Source: an uncultured Chloroflexia bacterium (GTDB taxonomy: Bacteria > Chloroflexota > Limnocylindria > Limnocylindrales > CSP1-4). From it: 64,000 nucleotides of DNA. Each line of letters starts with the position of its first letter. The first letter of the stretch is position 1. Both the position numbers and the translations under genes were made by a program. Positions 1-9,922 of this stretch are shown one piece after another. The notes below the pieces were generated by a model that did no database searches, was not told the origin of the DNA, and saw nothing but the letters and a program-made list of their open reading frames with translations. The DNA lies in the NCBI GenBank assembly GCA_963770795.1, contig CAVYQR010000001.1, forward strand, positions 224,612 through 288,611, read 5' to 3'.

Positions 1-33
1 GCCCTGGCGGCGATCGTCGAGTCGCGCTGGTAG
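1..33 (+). CDS. 3' end of an upstream gene (…ALAAIVESRW*), product unknown
   Basis: In-frame coding-like codons (high GC3) ending at TAG 31-33. Too short to identify. Confidence 0.25.
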   Translation, partial: ALAAIVESRW

Positions 34-319
34 GCGCGCGGCGGCGTGTAGCCGGACAGGGGTCGCCGAGCCCAGAACGACTCTCCATGCGTTCAATTCA
101 ACGCCGCGTGGTTGCCCTCGCCGACGGCCGGGATCACCGTAACGCCAAGAGCACGTTCACGAAGTGGATCTCGGATTACCCGGCGATGGCGGCCTTCGTC
201 GGCGGTGACGTCGGCAACGCACGTACGCCGGCGAGATCCTCAACCTCGCCGTCACCGACACCGGGCTGATGACCTGGGCCGCGCCGGAGGACGGGTCTCC
301 GGCGGCCGGAGCCAATCTG

Positions 320-1267
320 TCAGGCGCCAGTCCGGCGCCCCCGGAGTCGGGGCAGCACGTCCGCGGCGATCCGCTCGAATGTCGGCAGCTGCCGCTCGTC
401 CGGCGGGTAGTAGACCACGATCTCGTCCACCCCTAGGCCGATGATCCGACCCGCCATCTCCTCGAAGCGATCGAGCGAATTGTAGTACTCGTACCAGCCC
501 CCCCGTGGGCGGGCCTTGGCGTCGTACATCGTGTAGGAACGCCGAAGCGCCGCGGGCTCGCGTCCGACTGCATCGCAGAACTCGTTCATCGACTCGCAGC
601 GACGCTGCGTCTCCTCCATCTGGGCGTCGAACGATTCGAGGAACGACAGGCTGTTCCAGGTGTCCGCAAGCCGCGCGGCGTGCCGCATCATCACAGGCCC
701 CAAGGCCGCAACCGAGATCGGGGGCCGGGGCGACTGGACGGGTCGCGGGCTCATGATCGCCCCGTTCACCCTGTAGAAGCCACCGACGAACGAGGTGACC
801 TCGTCGCGCAGCAGTCGATCTACGATCTCGACGTACTCCACGAGCCGCCCGACGCGTTCCCTGGGCTCCCAGTCCGGGACGCCGATCATGGCGTAGGACG
901 GGTCGCCCGCGAGGCCGGTCCCAATGCCGATCTCGAGCCTGCCCTGCGAGATGTGGTCGAGCGTCATCGCCTGGCGGGCGAACATCGCCGGGTTCCGGAA
1001 CGGGATCTGCGTCACGCAGCTGGCCAGCCGGATGGTCGTTGTGGCTGCAGCCAGGCCTGTGAGCGCGGTCCACGACTCAAACCAGGGGCTCGGCGGATTC
1101 GTCCAGTCGACGAAATGGTCCGGCAACGCCGCCACCTCGATGCCGAGCTGCTCGAGCCGGACGAACCGCTCCTTCAGCACCTCCCAGGGGACGTTGGGCA
1201 GACAGAGGACCTGGAACCGCAGTGTCGGGCGCACGGTGACATTCTGGCGCACGCTGCTCCGGCCCAT
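320..1267 (-). CDS. LLM-class F420/flavin-dependent oxidoreductase (luciferase-like monooxygenase family), 315 aa
   Basis: C-terminal 315 aa of the long minus-strand ORF read MGRSS…LGIEVAALPDHF…IGIGTG…VGGFYRVNGAIMSPRP…, typical of the LLM/F420-dependent family. ATG at 1265-1267, stop at 320-322. Confidence 0.8.
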   Translation of the reverse strand: MGRSSVRQNVTVRPTLRFQVLCLPNVPWEVLKERFVRLEQLGIEVAALPDHFVDWTNPPSPWFESWTALTGLAAATTTIRLASCVTQIPFRNPAMFARQAMTLDHISQGRLEIGIGTGLAGDPSYAMIGVPDWEPRERVGRLVEYVEIVDRLLRDEVTSFVGGFYRVNGAIMSPRPVQSPRPPISVAALGPVMMRHAARLADTWNSLSFLESFDAQMEETQRRCESMNEFCDAVGREPAALRRSYTMYDAKARPRGGWYEYYNSLDRFEEMAGRIIGLGVDEIVVYYPPDERQLPTFERIAADVLPRLRGRRTGA

Positions 1268-1328
1268 GGTGGCGTCTGCGCGTCCGGCACCGCGACCAGG
1301 CGGGCGCGTGATGATCCGGGTCCTGCGG

Positions 1329-1371
1329 TCCCGTGACGCTCGCCCCGAACGACTTGGTCCAGCTCCACCCG
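1329..1371 (+). repeat. 43-bp direct duplicate of the dnaE 5' end (ccgtgacgctcgccccgaacgacttggtccagctccac), 115 bp upstream of the real start and out of frame with it
   Basis: Aligned by eye with 1444-1486 (ccgtgacactcgccccgaacgacttcgtccacctccac), 3 mismatches. The upstream copy opens a non-dnaE frame (ORF 1333..3267). Confidence 0.7.
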
Positions 1372-1447
1372 TCAATGATCCAGTCACCGTCCCGCATTGC
1401 CTGCCTCCGCGGTGCTGCGCCGCCCGCCGGGCTACCATTGACCCCCC

Positions 1448-4400
1448 GTGACACTCGCCCCGAACGACTTCGTCCACCTCCACACCCACTCGGAGTTCAG
1501 CCTGCTCGACGGGCTCGGCCGGATCACCGACCTCGTCGATACGGCCGGCCGCCACGGGTTCGATTCGCTCGCCGTCACGGATCACGGAGCCCTCTACGGC
1601 TCGGTCGCGTTCTACCAGGCGGCGACCAAGGCGGGCATAAGGCCGATCATCGGCGTGGAGACCTACGTCGCGCGGCGGTCCATGACCGACAAGGAGGGCA
1701 AGGCCGACAGCCAGCCCTTCCACCTGGTCCTGCTGGCGACCGACATGACCGGCTACCAGAACCTGTGCCGGCTGGTCACGGACGCCCACATCGACGGCTA
1801 CTACTACAAGCCCCGCATCGACCGCGAGCACCTCGCGAAGCACAGCCAGGGCCTGGTTGGCCTCAGCGCCTGCCTGGGCGGCGAGATTCCCAAGGCGCTC
1901 GAGGCCGAGGACTGGGAGCTTGCCCGCAGGCTGGCGGGCGAGTACGGCGACATCCTGGGCAAGGACCGCTTCTTCCTGGAGCTCCAGGACCACGGGATCC
2001 CCGAGCAGCGTCGCCTGAACGAGCAGCTTCTCCGCCTGGCTCCCGAGACCGGCCTGCCGCTGGTCGTCACCAACGACCTGCACTACGTCCACCCGGAGCA
2101 GCACGAGGCTCACGACGTCCTGCTGTGTGTCGGCACGGGCAGCAACATCGACACCCAGAACCGGATGCGGTTCGAGGGCCAGGAGTTCTACCTCAAGACG
2201 GCCGCCGAGATGCAGCGGCTGTTCCCGGACCAGCGGGACGCACTGCTCAACACCCGGCGCATCGCCGAGATGGTCGACCTGAAGCTGCCGCTGGGCGACC
2301 TCCGGATCCCGCACTTCCCCGTGCCCGACGGCGAGACGGTGGAAACCTGGCTGCGCAAGGAGTGCGAGGCGGGCCTGGTCCGCCGTTACGGCTCGATCAC
2401 CTCGGCCCTCCAGGAGCGGCTGGACTACGAGCTGGGCGTGATCATCTCGATGGGCTACGCCGGGTACTTCCTGATCGTGGCCGACTTCGTCCGGTACGCC
2501 AGGGAGCAGGGGATCGCCACCACCTGCCGGGGGTCCGCGCCCGGCTCCATCGTCACCTACACGCTGGGCATCACGCCGGTGGACCCGCTCCACTACGGGC
2601 TCCCGTTCGAGCGTTTCCTCAACCCGGACCGCGTGACGATGCCGGATATCGACGTGGACTTCGAGGACGAGCGCCGGGACGAGGTCATCAACTACGTCAG
2701 CCGCAAGTATGGCCAGGACCACGTCGCGCAGATCATCACCTTCGGCACGATGCTCGCCCGTGCCGCGATCCGGGACGTCGGGCGCGTGCTCGGCATGTCA
2801 TACGGGGACGTGGACCGAATCGCGAAGGCGGTCCCGAACCAGTTGGGCATCAAGCTGGAGGAGGCCCTGCAGCTCTCCCCCCAGCTCAGGGAGATGCACG
2901 ACGGGGACCCGCAGATCGGGAAGCTCATCGGGCTCGCCAAGCAGCTGGAGGGCGTGGCCCGGAACGCGTCCACGCACGCAGCTGGGGTCGTGATCTCCCG
3001 GGAGCCGCTGACGGAGCTGATGCCGCTCCAGAAGGCGACCAACTCCGACGCGCTCATGACCCAGTACGAGATGCACGGCATCGAGGCACTGGGCCTGCTC
3101 AAGTTCGACTTCCTGGGTCTGTCCAACCTCACGATCCTGCGCAAGGCCGTGGACCTGATCAAGGAGGACCGCGACATCGCGGTGGACCTGGACAACATTC
3201 CGCTCGACGATACGAAGACGTTCGAGCTCCTCGCGTCGGGCGAGACGACGGGCGTGTTCCAGCTTGAGTCCGCGGGGATGCGCCGCTATGTCAAGGAGCT
3301 GCAGCCCACGTCCGTCTTCGACCTGGCCGCCATGGTTGCGCTCTACCGCCCGGGCCCGATGGACAACATCCCGGCCTACATCCGGCGCAAGCACGGCCAG
3401 GAGGCGGTGACGTACCTGCACCCACTCCTGGAGCCGTTCCTCAACCGGACGTACGGGATCTTCGTGTACCAGGAGGACATCATGTCCGCCGCCATCGCAC
3501 TGGGCGGCTTCTCGGGGCCCGAGGCGGACATGCTGGGCTATGCCATCCGCAAGAAGAAGCGGGCGGTGCTCCAGTCGATGCGGGAGACCTTCGTCGAGCG
3601 GGCCGCGGAGCGCGGCGTGCCGGCGAAGACCATCGACGCGGTGTTCAAGGCGTTCGAGCCCTTCGAGCGGTACGGGTTCAACAAGGCCCACGCGACCTGC
3701 TATGGGCTGATCGCGTACCAGACCGCGTACCTCAAGGCGAACTACACCGTCGAGTACATGACGTCTGTGCTCTCTGCGTTCCGGGACAACGCTGAGAAGG
3801 TCGCGGCCGCGATCGCCGAATGCCGGCGCCTGGGCATCGAGGTCCGGACGCCGGACGTCCACGAGTCCGGGCTGGGGTTCACGGTGGAGGGCGACGCCAT
3901 CCGGTTCGGGCTGCTGGCGGTCAAGAACGTCGGCGAGGGCGCGATCGAGTCGATCATCAAGGCCCGCGAGGAGGGAGGTGAGTTCCGCTCGCTCACGGAC
4001 TTCTGCACCCGCGTTGACCTGCGTCTCACCAACCGGAAGGTGCTGGAGTCGCTCGCCAAGGTGGGTGCGCTCAACGTTCTCGGGCACCCGGCGCAGATCC
4101 TGATGGGCCTGGACGACGCTCTCGCCGCGGGCCAGGCCGCGCAGCGCGACCGGATCAGCGGCCAGACCTCGCTGTTCGACATGGCCGGCGACGAGTCCAC
4201 CACGCTGGAACGGCCGCTGCCGTCCACGGCGGAGACCCCGGTCAGGGAGCGCCTCCGCTGGGAGAAGGAGCTGATGGGGCTCTACCTCTCGGATCACCCG
4301 ATGGGCGAGGTGGCGGAGCGCGTCGGGCAGTTCGTGACGGCGTACTCGGGCGACCTCAAGGACGAGTCGCTCGACGGTCAGCGCGTGGTCCTGGGCGGGA

Positions 4401-5203
4401 TCGTGACCGGGATCCGCTCGGTGCTCACGAAGTCGAAGAGCATGATGGCGGTGGTCACGCTCGAGGACCTGCAGGGGACGCTTGAGGTGGTGGTCTTCCC
4501 GAAGACGTACGAGCAGACGATGGGGACCTGGCGCGACGGCGCGATCCTGCTGGTGGCCGGACGCGTGGACCACCGGGGCGACGAGGCGTCGCTGCTGGCC
4601 GACTCGGTCTGGGACTGGGATGCCGTCGCGGATCGCGGCCCAGAGGCCTTCGCGCAGGAGGTCGGATCACTGGACAAGCGGGCGGCGCGACGGGGTGGGG
4701 GAGCTCCAGGCGCGAGCGGTGGCGGGAACGGGGCCAATAGCCGTGCCGGGAGCGGCTCCGGGAACGGGACGAATGGCCGTCCCGGCAGCCCGCTCCGTCC
4801 CGCGGAGCCCGTTCCCACCTACGCCGAGCCGCCCGGGCTGGTGCCCGTCTCGCGCGCCGGCGAAGCCGACGAGCCCGAGTCGCCGCCGCTCCCCGACGAG
4901 CAGCGCTCCCGCGCCGCGGCGGCCAACGAGGCCCCGTCACGCCCCGTGGAGGCGGCTGCCGGTGCCGTGCTGAACATCCGCTTCGCCCGTGATGCCGCGA
5001 CGGACCGTGTCCTGGCCGCGATGCAGGCGTTCAAGGGCGTGCTGCGGGAGCGCCCCGGTGCAACGCGCGTGATCGTGCACGTGCCCGCCCCGGGCGGCAG
5101 GGACCTGCCGATGGAGCTGCGGGGCGTGGCCTACGACGCGGAGCTGGTCGCCGAGGTGCGGCGCCGCGTCGGCGAGGGCGTCATCGACCTCCAGCTGGCC
5201 TGA
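1448..5203 (+). CDS. dnaE: DNA polymerase III alpha subunit (DnaE), 1251 aa, with a Gly/Asn/Ser-rich linker and C-terminal extension
   Basis: Begins with a GTG start: MTLAPNDFVHLHTHSEFSLLDG… (PHP domain). Pol III alpha core motifs run throughout the uninterrupted 1251-aa ORF. Confidence 0.95.
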   Translation: MTLAPNDFVHLHTHSEFSLLDGLGRITDLVDTAGRHGFDSLAVTDHGALYGSVAFYQAATKAGIRPIIGVETYVARRSMTDKEGKADSQPFHLVLLATDMTGYQNLCRLVTDAHIDGYYYKPRIDREHLAKHSQGLVGLSACLGGEIPKALEAEDWELARRLAGEYGDILGKDRFFLELQDHGIPEQRRLNEQLLRLAPETGLPLVVTNDLHYVHPEQHEAHDVLLCVGTGSNIDTQNRMRFEGQEFYLKTAAEMQRLFPDQRDALLNTRRIAEMVDLKLPLGDLRIPHFPVPDGETVETWLRKECEAGLVRRYGSITSALQERLDYELGVIISMGYAGYFLIVADFVRYAREQGIATTCRGSAPGSIVTYTLGITPVDPLHYGLPFERFLNPDRVTMPDIDVDFEDERRDEVINYVSRKYGQDHVAQIITFGTMLARAAIRDVGRVLGMSYGDVDRIAKAVPNQLGIKLEEALQLSPQLREMHDGDPQIGKLIGLAKQLEGVARNASTHAAGVVISREPLTELMPLQKATNSDALMTQYEMHGIEALGLLKFDFLGLSNLTILRKAVDLIKEDRDIAVDLDNIPLDDTKTFELLASGETTGVFQLESAGMRRYVKELQPTSVFDLAAMVALYRPGPMDNIPAYIRRKHGQEAVTYLHPLLEPFLNRTYGIFVYQEDIMSAAIALGGFSGPEADMLGYAIRKKKRAVLQSMRETFVERAAERGVPAKTIDAVFKAFEPFERYGFNKAHATCYGLIAYQTAYLKANYTVEYMTSVLSAFRDNAEKVAAAIAECRRLGIEVRTPDVHESGLGFTVEGDAIRFGLLAVKNVGEGAIESIIKAREEGGEFRSLTDFCTRVDLRLTNRKVLESLAKVGALNVLGHPAQILMGLDDALAAGQAAQRDRISGQTSLFDMAGDESTTLERPLPSTAETPVRERLRWEKELMGLYLSDHPMGEVAERVGQFVTAYSGDLKDESLDGQRVVLGGIVTGIRSVLTKSKSMMAVVTLEDLQGTLEVVVFPKTYEQTMGTWRDGAILLVAGRVDHRGDEASLLADSVWDWDAVADRGPEAFAQEVGSLDKRAARRGGGAPGASGGGNGANSRAGSGSGNGTNGRPGSPLRPAEPVPTYAEPPGLVPVSRAGEADEPESPPLPDEQRSRAAAANEAPSRPVEAAAGAVLNIRFARDAATDRVLAAMQAFKGVLRERPGATRVIVHVPAPGGRDLPMELRGVAYDAELVAEVRRRVGEGVIDLQLA

Positions 5204-5272
5204 GACCCCCGGCGCGGGAGCGTGCCGCCGTACTCTCCGCCCGGCAAGGACCCCCTCGCGGGTGGCGCCGGT

Positions 5273-5848
5273 TCAGCCGGCCTGGAGCTCCCGGAGCTCG
5301 CGGACGCCGGACAGCTGCTCGTGGAACTCCTCGCGGATGCGATTGAGGTCTGGACGCTCGACGTCCAGCTCCTCCGCCATGCGGTTCGCCAGCCAGGACT
5401 CGGTCGCATCGATCTCGTCGTCGGCGGCCATGACGAGGAAGCAGCAGCGCAGGAGCCGCTCCCGTTCCTCCATCGTCGAGATCGCCTTGAACTCGCGCGT
5501 GACGAGGAAGTCCTCAGTCGCGCCGAACTCGCCGGCCAGCGTTCCGGCCAGGTCGACCACGAGAGCTGCCGTCTCCGCGTCGAGGCCGCCGGCGTCGGCG
5601 ATGCGCAGCATCGCGGCCCGCTCGACGGCGCTCATGTCTCCCGTCGCGTGCGCGGCGCGGCCGAGCAGGTAGGCGAACGCCGCGACGTACCGCGCCCGCG
5701 CGGGCGGCAGGGCCTCGAGGCGGATCGAGATCGTTCGCACGCTGTCGGTCTCGGCGGCTGTTGCAGCCGGCAGCGGTGCGTCGGGATGGACGGGGAGCTC
5801 CTGCGAGTCGGGGGTATCGAGATTCAGGACGCGGCGAAAGAGGCTCAT
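5273..5848 (-). CDS. TerB-like (tellurite-resistance TerB family) protein, ~191 aa
   Basis: MSLFRRVLNLD… plus acidic helical repeats (DDEIDATESWL…) resemble TerB/DUF533-type proteins. ATG at 5846-5848, chosen inside the longer ORF 5273..5968. Confidence 0.55.
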   Translation of the reverse strand: MSLFRRVLNLDTPDSQELPVHPDAPLPAATAAETDSVRTISIRLEALPPARARYVAAFAYLLGRAAHATGDMSAVERAAMLRIADAGGLDAETAALVVDLAGTLAGEFGATEDFLVTREFKAISTMEERERLLRCCFLVMAADDEIDATESWLANRMAEELDVERPDLNRIREEFHEQLSGVRELRELQAG

Positions 5849-5951
5849 GTGGACTCCGCGATGGGTTGACGGCTTGCGCAGCCGGGAGTCTACCCGCTCG
5901 CGGCCCCGGCCGGAGTCGGGCGCGGGGACATGGCCGCGCAGACCACCTTGC

Positions 5952-6152
5952 CTACCACTTGATGACACCGCCCACGAACAGCAGGGTCAGCGAGACCACC
6001 GCGATGATCGCGATGGCGGCCATCCCGATCCGGGCGCCGTTCGACTCGTGCCAGGGATTGCCCGTCGCCTGTTCGTGCTGGCGGGCCTGCTGGTCGTGTT
6101 TCTTGCGGGCGTTGTGGGACTTGCTGCTCTCGCTGTGGTGCTTGTTGCTCAA
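5952..6152 (-). CDS. Small hypothetical membrane protein (~66 aa) with a His/Gln/Lys-rich N-terminus and a single C-terminal TM helix (…GMAAIAIIAVVSLTLLFVGGVIKW)
   Basis: Strong GC3 bias in this frame. TTG start at 6152 is preceded by GGGAGA 8 nt upstream. Lies just downstream of tRNA-Leu(CAA) on the same strand. Confidence 0.35.
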   Translation of the reverse strand: MSNKHHSESSKSHNARKKHDQQARQHEQATGNPWHESNGARIGMAAIAIIAVVSLTLLFVGGVIKW

Positions 6153-6213
6153 CCCGTTGGTCTCCCGTGGCGCCAGAGCGCGGTGGCTTGTGCCCGACCG
6201 GGCACACGGGCCG

Positions 6214-6299
6214 TGGTAGCGAAGGTGGGATTCGAACCCACACGACCTTGCGGCCAACGGTGTTTGAGACCGTCGCGTCTGCCATTCCGCCACTTCGCC
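6214..6299 (-). tRNA. tRNA-Leu (anticodon CAA), 86 nt, long variable arm, CCA encoded
   Basis: Reverse complement folds as GGCGAAG…ACGGT-CTCAAAC-ACCGT…GTGGGTTCGAATCCCAC-CTTCGCT-A-CCA. Confidence 0.85.
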
Positions 6300-6404
6300 A
6301 GGCAGCGGTCATCGTAGCCCACGGGGGAACCCCGGCAGGTCGGCTGGCGTCCCAACAGCGATGCCCGTCCTCGTCGCCGCGATCGGCGTTCCCTCCGCAC
6401 CCCG

Positions 6405-7073
6405 ATGCTAGACTCGCCGCGCCTCACAATCCCCGTCAGGAGGGTCTCGCCAGTCGTGCAGGACGCCCGGCCGTCGGGGGCCGTCGAGGATCCCATCCAG
6501 CGCCGTGACCTGATCCTGCTGGAGCGGGCGCGCGACGGCAGCCTCGACGCCTTCAACGATCTCGTCGAGTGCTACCAGGATCACCTGTTCTCGCTCGTCG
6601 CCCGAATGGTCCCCGACCGCGACCAGGCATCGGACGCGGTCCAGGAGGCGTTCTTCTCCGCGTACCGCAACATGCGCTCGTTCCGCGGCGGCAGCGTCCG
6701 CTCGTGGCTGAGCCGGATCGCGATCAACGCGGCGATGGACCAGCAGCGGCTCAAGAAGCGCCGCCCATCCCAGCCCTACCCGGAGCTGGAGGACGAGACC
6801 TGGCAGCCACCGGCCGGCCCCGAGGCGGACCCGGAGCGGACGGCGATGCACGGCGAGCGGGCGCGCGTGCTCCAGGCTGCCCTCGCGGCGATCACCCCTC
6901 ACCAGCGCCACGCGATCGTCATGTTCGACGTGGAGGGCTACGACTACGCGGAGATCGCCGAGGTGACGGGCGTTTCGCTGGGGACCGTGAAGTCCCGGAT
7001 CCATCGCGGCCGCCTGGCCCTGCGTGACCAGCTCGAGGGCACCATGGGCCTGTTCCGCGGGGACGAAGGCTGA
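6405..7073 (+). CDS. ECF (sigma-70 family) RNA polymerase sigma factor
   Basis: Regions 2 and 4 are present (…ERARDGSLDAFNDLVECYQDHLFSLVARMV…; …VEGYDYAEIAEVTGVSLGTVKSRIHRGR…). An alternative GTG start at 6456 has AGGAGGG upstream. The stop overlaps the next gene's start (TGATG). Confidence 0.85.
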   Translation: MLDSPRLTIPVRRVSPVVQDARPSGAVEDPIQRRDLILLERARDGSLDAFNDLVECYQDHLFSLVARMVPDRDQASDAVQEAFFSAYRNMRSFRGGSVRSWLSRIAINAAMDQQRLKKRRPSQPYPELEDETWQPPAGPEADPERTAMHGERARVLQAALAAITPHQRHAIVMFDVEGYDYAEIAEVTGVSLGTVKSRIHRGRLALRDQLEGTMGLFRGDEG

Positions 7074-7801
7074 TGCCGCACCCCGCCGCCGTCGCCCACG
7101 CTGACCACGCAGCCCACGATCCCGTCCTCGTCGCCGCCTACGCCGCGGGTGATGCCACAGGGCCGGAGCTCGAGACCGCGACCGCGCTGGTCGCCGCCTG
7201 TCCCACGTGCGCGGCCCTCCACCACGACCTGCGCGCGATCGCCGCGGCCCTGCCGCTCATGCCGGCCCCGCGCCGCACCCGCGACTTCCGCCTGACGGCC
7301 GAGCAGGCCGCATCCCTCCGCCCCTCCGGCTGGCGCCGGCTCCTCGCCCCGTTCGCCGGGCCCCGTTTCGCGTTCGCCGCCCCCCTGGGCTCCGGGCTCG
7401 CCGCCCTGGGCCTCGTGGGCATCCTCCTCGCCGGAACCGGGCTGCCCCTGGGCGGCGCCACGGCGGGCGCGGACGGGGAGTCCAGGCGAACGACCTCCAA
7501 CGGCGCGGAGATGGCACCGGCGCCCGCCTCGGACGCGCAGTCGCCCTCGCCCGAAGACGCCGTGATGGCCCAGGGGGAGCCCTCAGTGCCCGGCGTTCCC
7601 GACGCAAGCATCGACCCGCAGCTCGCCGTGCAGCCGGCCGATCAGGCGGCACCGGGCTCGGGCGCCGAGGACCTGGCGGCCATGGACGACAACGGATCCG
7701 CGATTCCGATGGCGCTGGCGGTCTCCGTGGTCGCCCTCATGGCCGGCTTCGCCCTGGTTGCGCTGCGGTTCGTGGGCCGGTCCGCGGTCCGGGCTCCTTG
7801 A
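7073..7801 (+). CDS. Anti-sigma factor (zinc-finger-type N-terminal domain HxxxC…C, single TM helix, extracytoplasmic C-terminus)
   Basis: Start is coupled to the sigma-factor stop. N-terminus carries the anti-sigma motif …ALVAACPTCAALHHDLRAIAAAL…, followed by a hydrophobic stretch AAPLGSGLAALGLVGILLAG and a C-terminal TM/anchor helix. Confidence 0.75.
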   Translation: MPHPAAVAHADHAAHDPVLVAAYAAGDATGPELETATALVAACPTCAALHHDLRAIAAALPLMPAPRRTRDFRLTAEQAASLRPSGWRRLLAPFAGPRFAFAAPLGSGLAALGLVGILLAGTGLPLGGATAGADGESRRTTSNGAEMAPAPASDAQSPSPEDAVMAQGEPSVPGVPDASIDPQLAVQPADQAAPGSGAEDLAAMDDNGSAIPMALAVSVVALMAGFALVALRFVGRSAVRAP

Positions 7802-7842
7802 CCCCGGAACCACCGGGCCCGTCCCGTCGTCATGGCAGGGAC

Positions 7843-8638
7843 ATGCCGCACCCCGCCGCCGTCGCCCACGCTGACCACGCAGCCCACGATCCCGTCCTCG
7901 TCGCCGCCTACGCCGCGGGTGATGCCACAGGGCCGGAGCTCGAGACCGCGACCGCGCTGGTCGCCGCCTGTCCCACGTGCGCGGCCCTCCACCACGACCT
8001 GCGCGGGATCGCCGCGGCCCTGCCGCTCATGCCGGCCCCGCGCCGCACCCGCGACTTCCGCCTGACGGCCGAGCAGGCCGCATCCCTCCGCCCCTCCGGC
8101 TGGCGCCGGCTCCTCGCCCCGTTCGCCGGGCCCCGTTTCGCGTTCGCCGCCCCCCTGGGGTCCGGGCTCGCCGCGCTGGGCCTCGTGGGCATCCTCCTCG
8201 CCGGAACCGGGCTGCCCCTGGGCGGCGCCACGGCGGGCGCGGCGCCGGCGGAGGCACCGCTCCTTGCAGCACCGCAGATGGGGGCCGGATCTCCGCTCGC
8301 CGAGGACGGCGAGGTGAGCGCCGCTGCCGCCTCGGACTCTCCGGACATCCAGGGTGCCGTCACGGCGCCGGGAGCCGACACCTACGCCGGGTCGAGGGCG
8401 CCCGGGACGGACAAGAGCTCTGACCCGAACACGGACACCTCGAACGAGGGTGTGCGCCAGGCGTCACCGCCGGTCGAGGTGGCCGCGCCCTCGGGCGGCG
8501 CGGGCCGGGTCATGGCAGACAGCCAGGTGACCAGCTGCGATGCCGGGCAACGTCATCCTCCTCGCGCTCGCCGCGGCGACGCTCGCCGTCGGGGCACTGA
8601 TGGTCGGGCTCCGTGTTCTCTCGCGACGGGTCGCCTGA
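7843..8638 (+). CDS. Second, tandemly duplicated anti-sigma factor paralog with an apparent +1 frameshift near 8535-8545
   Basis: 7843-8240 is ~98 % identical to 7073-7470, with 2-3 SNPs. The C-terminal halves diverge. The terminal TM helix MPGNVILLALAAATLAVGALMVGLRVLSRRVA* is in a different frame (8540..8638), shifted at a CCGGG run. Confidence 0.6.
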
Positions 8639-8710
8639 AGCTCACGAACCCCGGCCGGCGGAGCCCCTCGAAGACCAAGCACCACGAGGCGCCACGGACG
8701 CGGCAGACGG

Positions 8711-9838
8711 TCAGTCGCCCAGGCAGGTCCCGACGTGCCGCGCCGACGCCACCCACGGGTGGTCGACCGGCACCAGCTTGCGGCGACCCGCGACCTCTTC
8801 CAGCGGGACGACCTCCGTGCCGTCACCTCGCGCCGCGACCATGACCCCGTACGTCCCGGCGGCGACGAGATCCGCGGCTGCGGTCCCGAGCCGCGTCGCC
8901 AGGAGCCGGTCGATGGGGGACGGGGTGCCGCCGCGCTGGACATAGCCCAGGATCGAGACGCGGGACTCGAGCCCGGTCAATTGCTCCAGCTGCGCGGCGA
9001 GGCGGAGCGTGTTGCCCTGGTGCTGGATCTCCAGGAGCCGGACCTCGGCCAGCGCGGCCTCCTTGGCCACGGCATCCTTGGCACGGCCGGCCCGCGATTC
9101 CGCCGCGACCAGCGCACGCGCGTCGTCCACGCTCCGGGCGCCCTCGGCCACGGCGACGATGCTGAAGTTGGTGCCCTTGCGGACGCGGTCCTTGATGGCC
9201 GCCGCGATCGCCGAGACCTTGTACGGGATCTCCGGGATCAGGATCACGTCCGCGCCACCGGCCAGGCCCGCCCCCAGCGTCAGCCAACCGGCGCGGTGAC
9301 CCATCACCTCGGCCACGATGATCCGGTGGTGGCTGTGCGCCGTGCTGTGGAGCCGGTCGATGGCCTCAGTCGCGATCTCGAGCGCCGTGGCGAAGCCGAA
9401 CGTCGCATCCGTGCCGGCCACGTCGTTGTCGATCGTCTTGGGCAACGTCAGGACGTTGAGGCCGGCCCGGCCGAGGCGCAGGGCATTCCTGGCGGTTCCG
9501 CCCCCACCGAGGCAGACAAGACCCTCGAGACGCTCCTTCCGGCAGACCTCGATGATCGTGCCGGTCATGTCGCGGATCTCGCCGTCCACGAGCATCCGGT
9601 GCGGCTTGTCCCGGCTCGTGCCAAGGACCGTCCCGCCGACCGTCAGGATCCCCGCCAGTGCCCGCTTCTCCAGGCGCACCTTGCGGTTCTCCGCCAGCCC
9701 GCGGAACCCGTCACGGAACCCCACCACCTCCATGCCGTAGGTGCCGATCGCGGCCTTGCCGAAGGCACGGATGGCGGCGTTGAGGCCGGGGCTGTCGCCG
9801 CCGGCGGTGAGGATGCCGACGCGTCTCGGGGGTGCCAT
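8711..9838 (-). CDS. pfkA: 6-phosphofructokinase (ATP- or PPi-dependent PfkA family), 375 aa
   Basis: [24 protein letters not shown]…GGGGT…TIDNDV…[10 protein letters not shown]… Stop at 8711-8713, ATG at 9836-9838. Confidence 0.9.
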   Translation of the reverse strand: MAPPRRVGILTAGGDSPGLNAAIRAFGKAAIGTYGMEVVGFRDGFRGLAENRKVRLEKRALAGILTVGGTVLGTSRDKPHRMLVDGEIRDMTGTIIEVCRKERLEGLVCLGGGGTARNALRLGRAGLNVLTLPKTIDNDVAGTDATFGFATALEIATEAIDRLHSTAHSHHRIIVAEVMGHRAGWLTLGAGLAGGADVILIPEIPYKVSAIAAAIKDRVRKGTNFSIVAVAEGARSVDDARALVAAESRAGRAKDAVAKEAALAEVRLLEIQHQGNTLRLAAQLEQLTGLESRVSILGYVQRGGTPSPIDRLLATRLGTAAADLVAAGTYGVMVAARGDGTEVVPLEEVAGRRKLVPVDHPWVASARHVGTCLGD

Positions 9839-9922
9839 GCCGCCGATCATACGACGTCGCCGATGGCCCGATCCACCGCGCGGGTACACTTCAGGGCGTC
9901 CCACTCCGCACGCTCGGAGCCG

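Noticed and set aside
87-427. Possible small plus-strand gene (MRSIQRR… then GEILNLAVTDTGLMTWAAPEDG…) before or overlapping the LLM gene end
   Set aside because: The first part uses atypical low-GC codons (tca att caa). The more protein-like part needs a frame change and overlaps 100 bp of the convergent LLM gene, so its GC3 bias is probably antisense mirroring. Too weak to call.
320-2722. 800-aa minus-strand ORF overlapping dnaE
   Set aside because: Its first ~480 aa are antisense to dnaE (Arg/Gly/Val-rich junk typical of high-GC antisense frames). Only the C-terminal 315 aa (320-1267) form a real LLM oxidoreductase gene.
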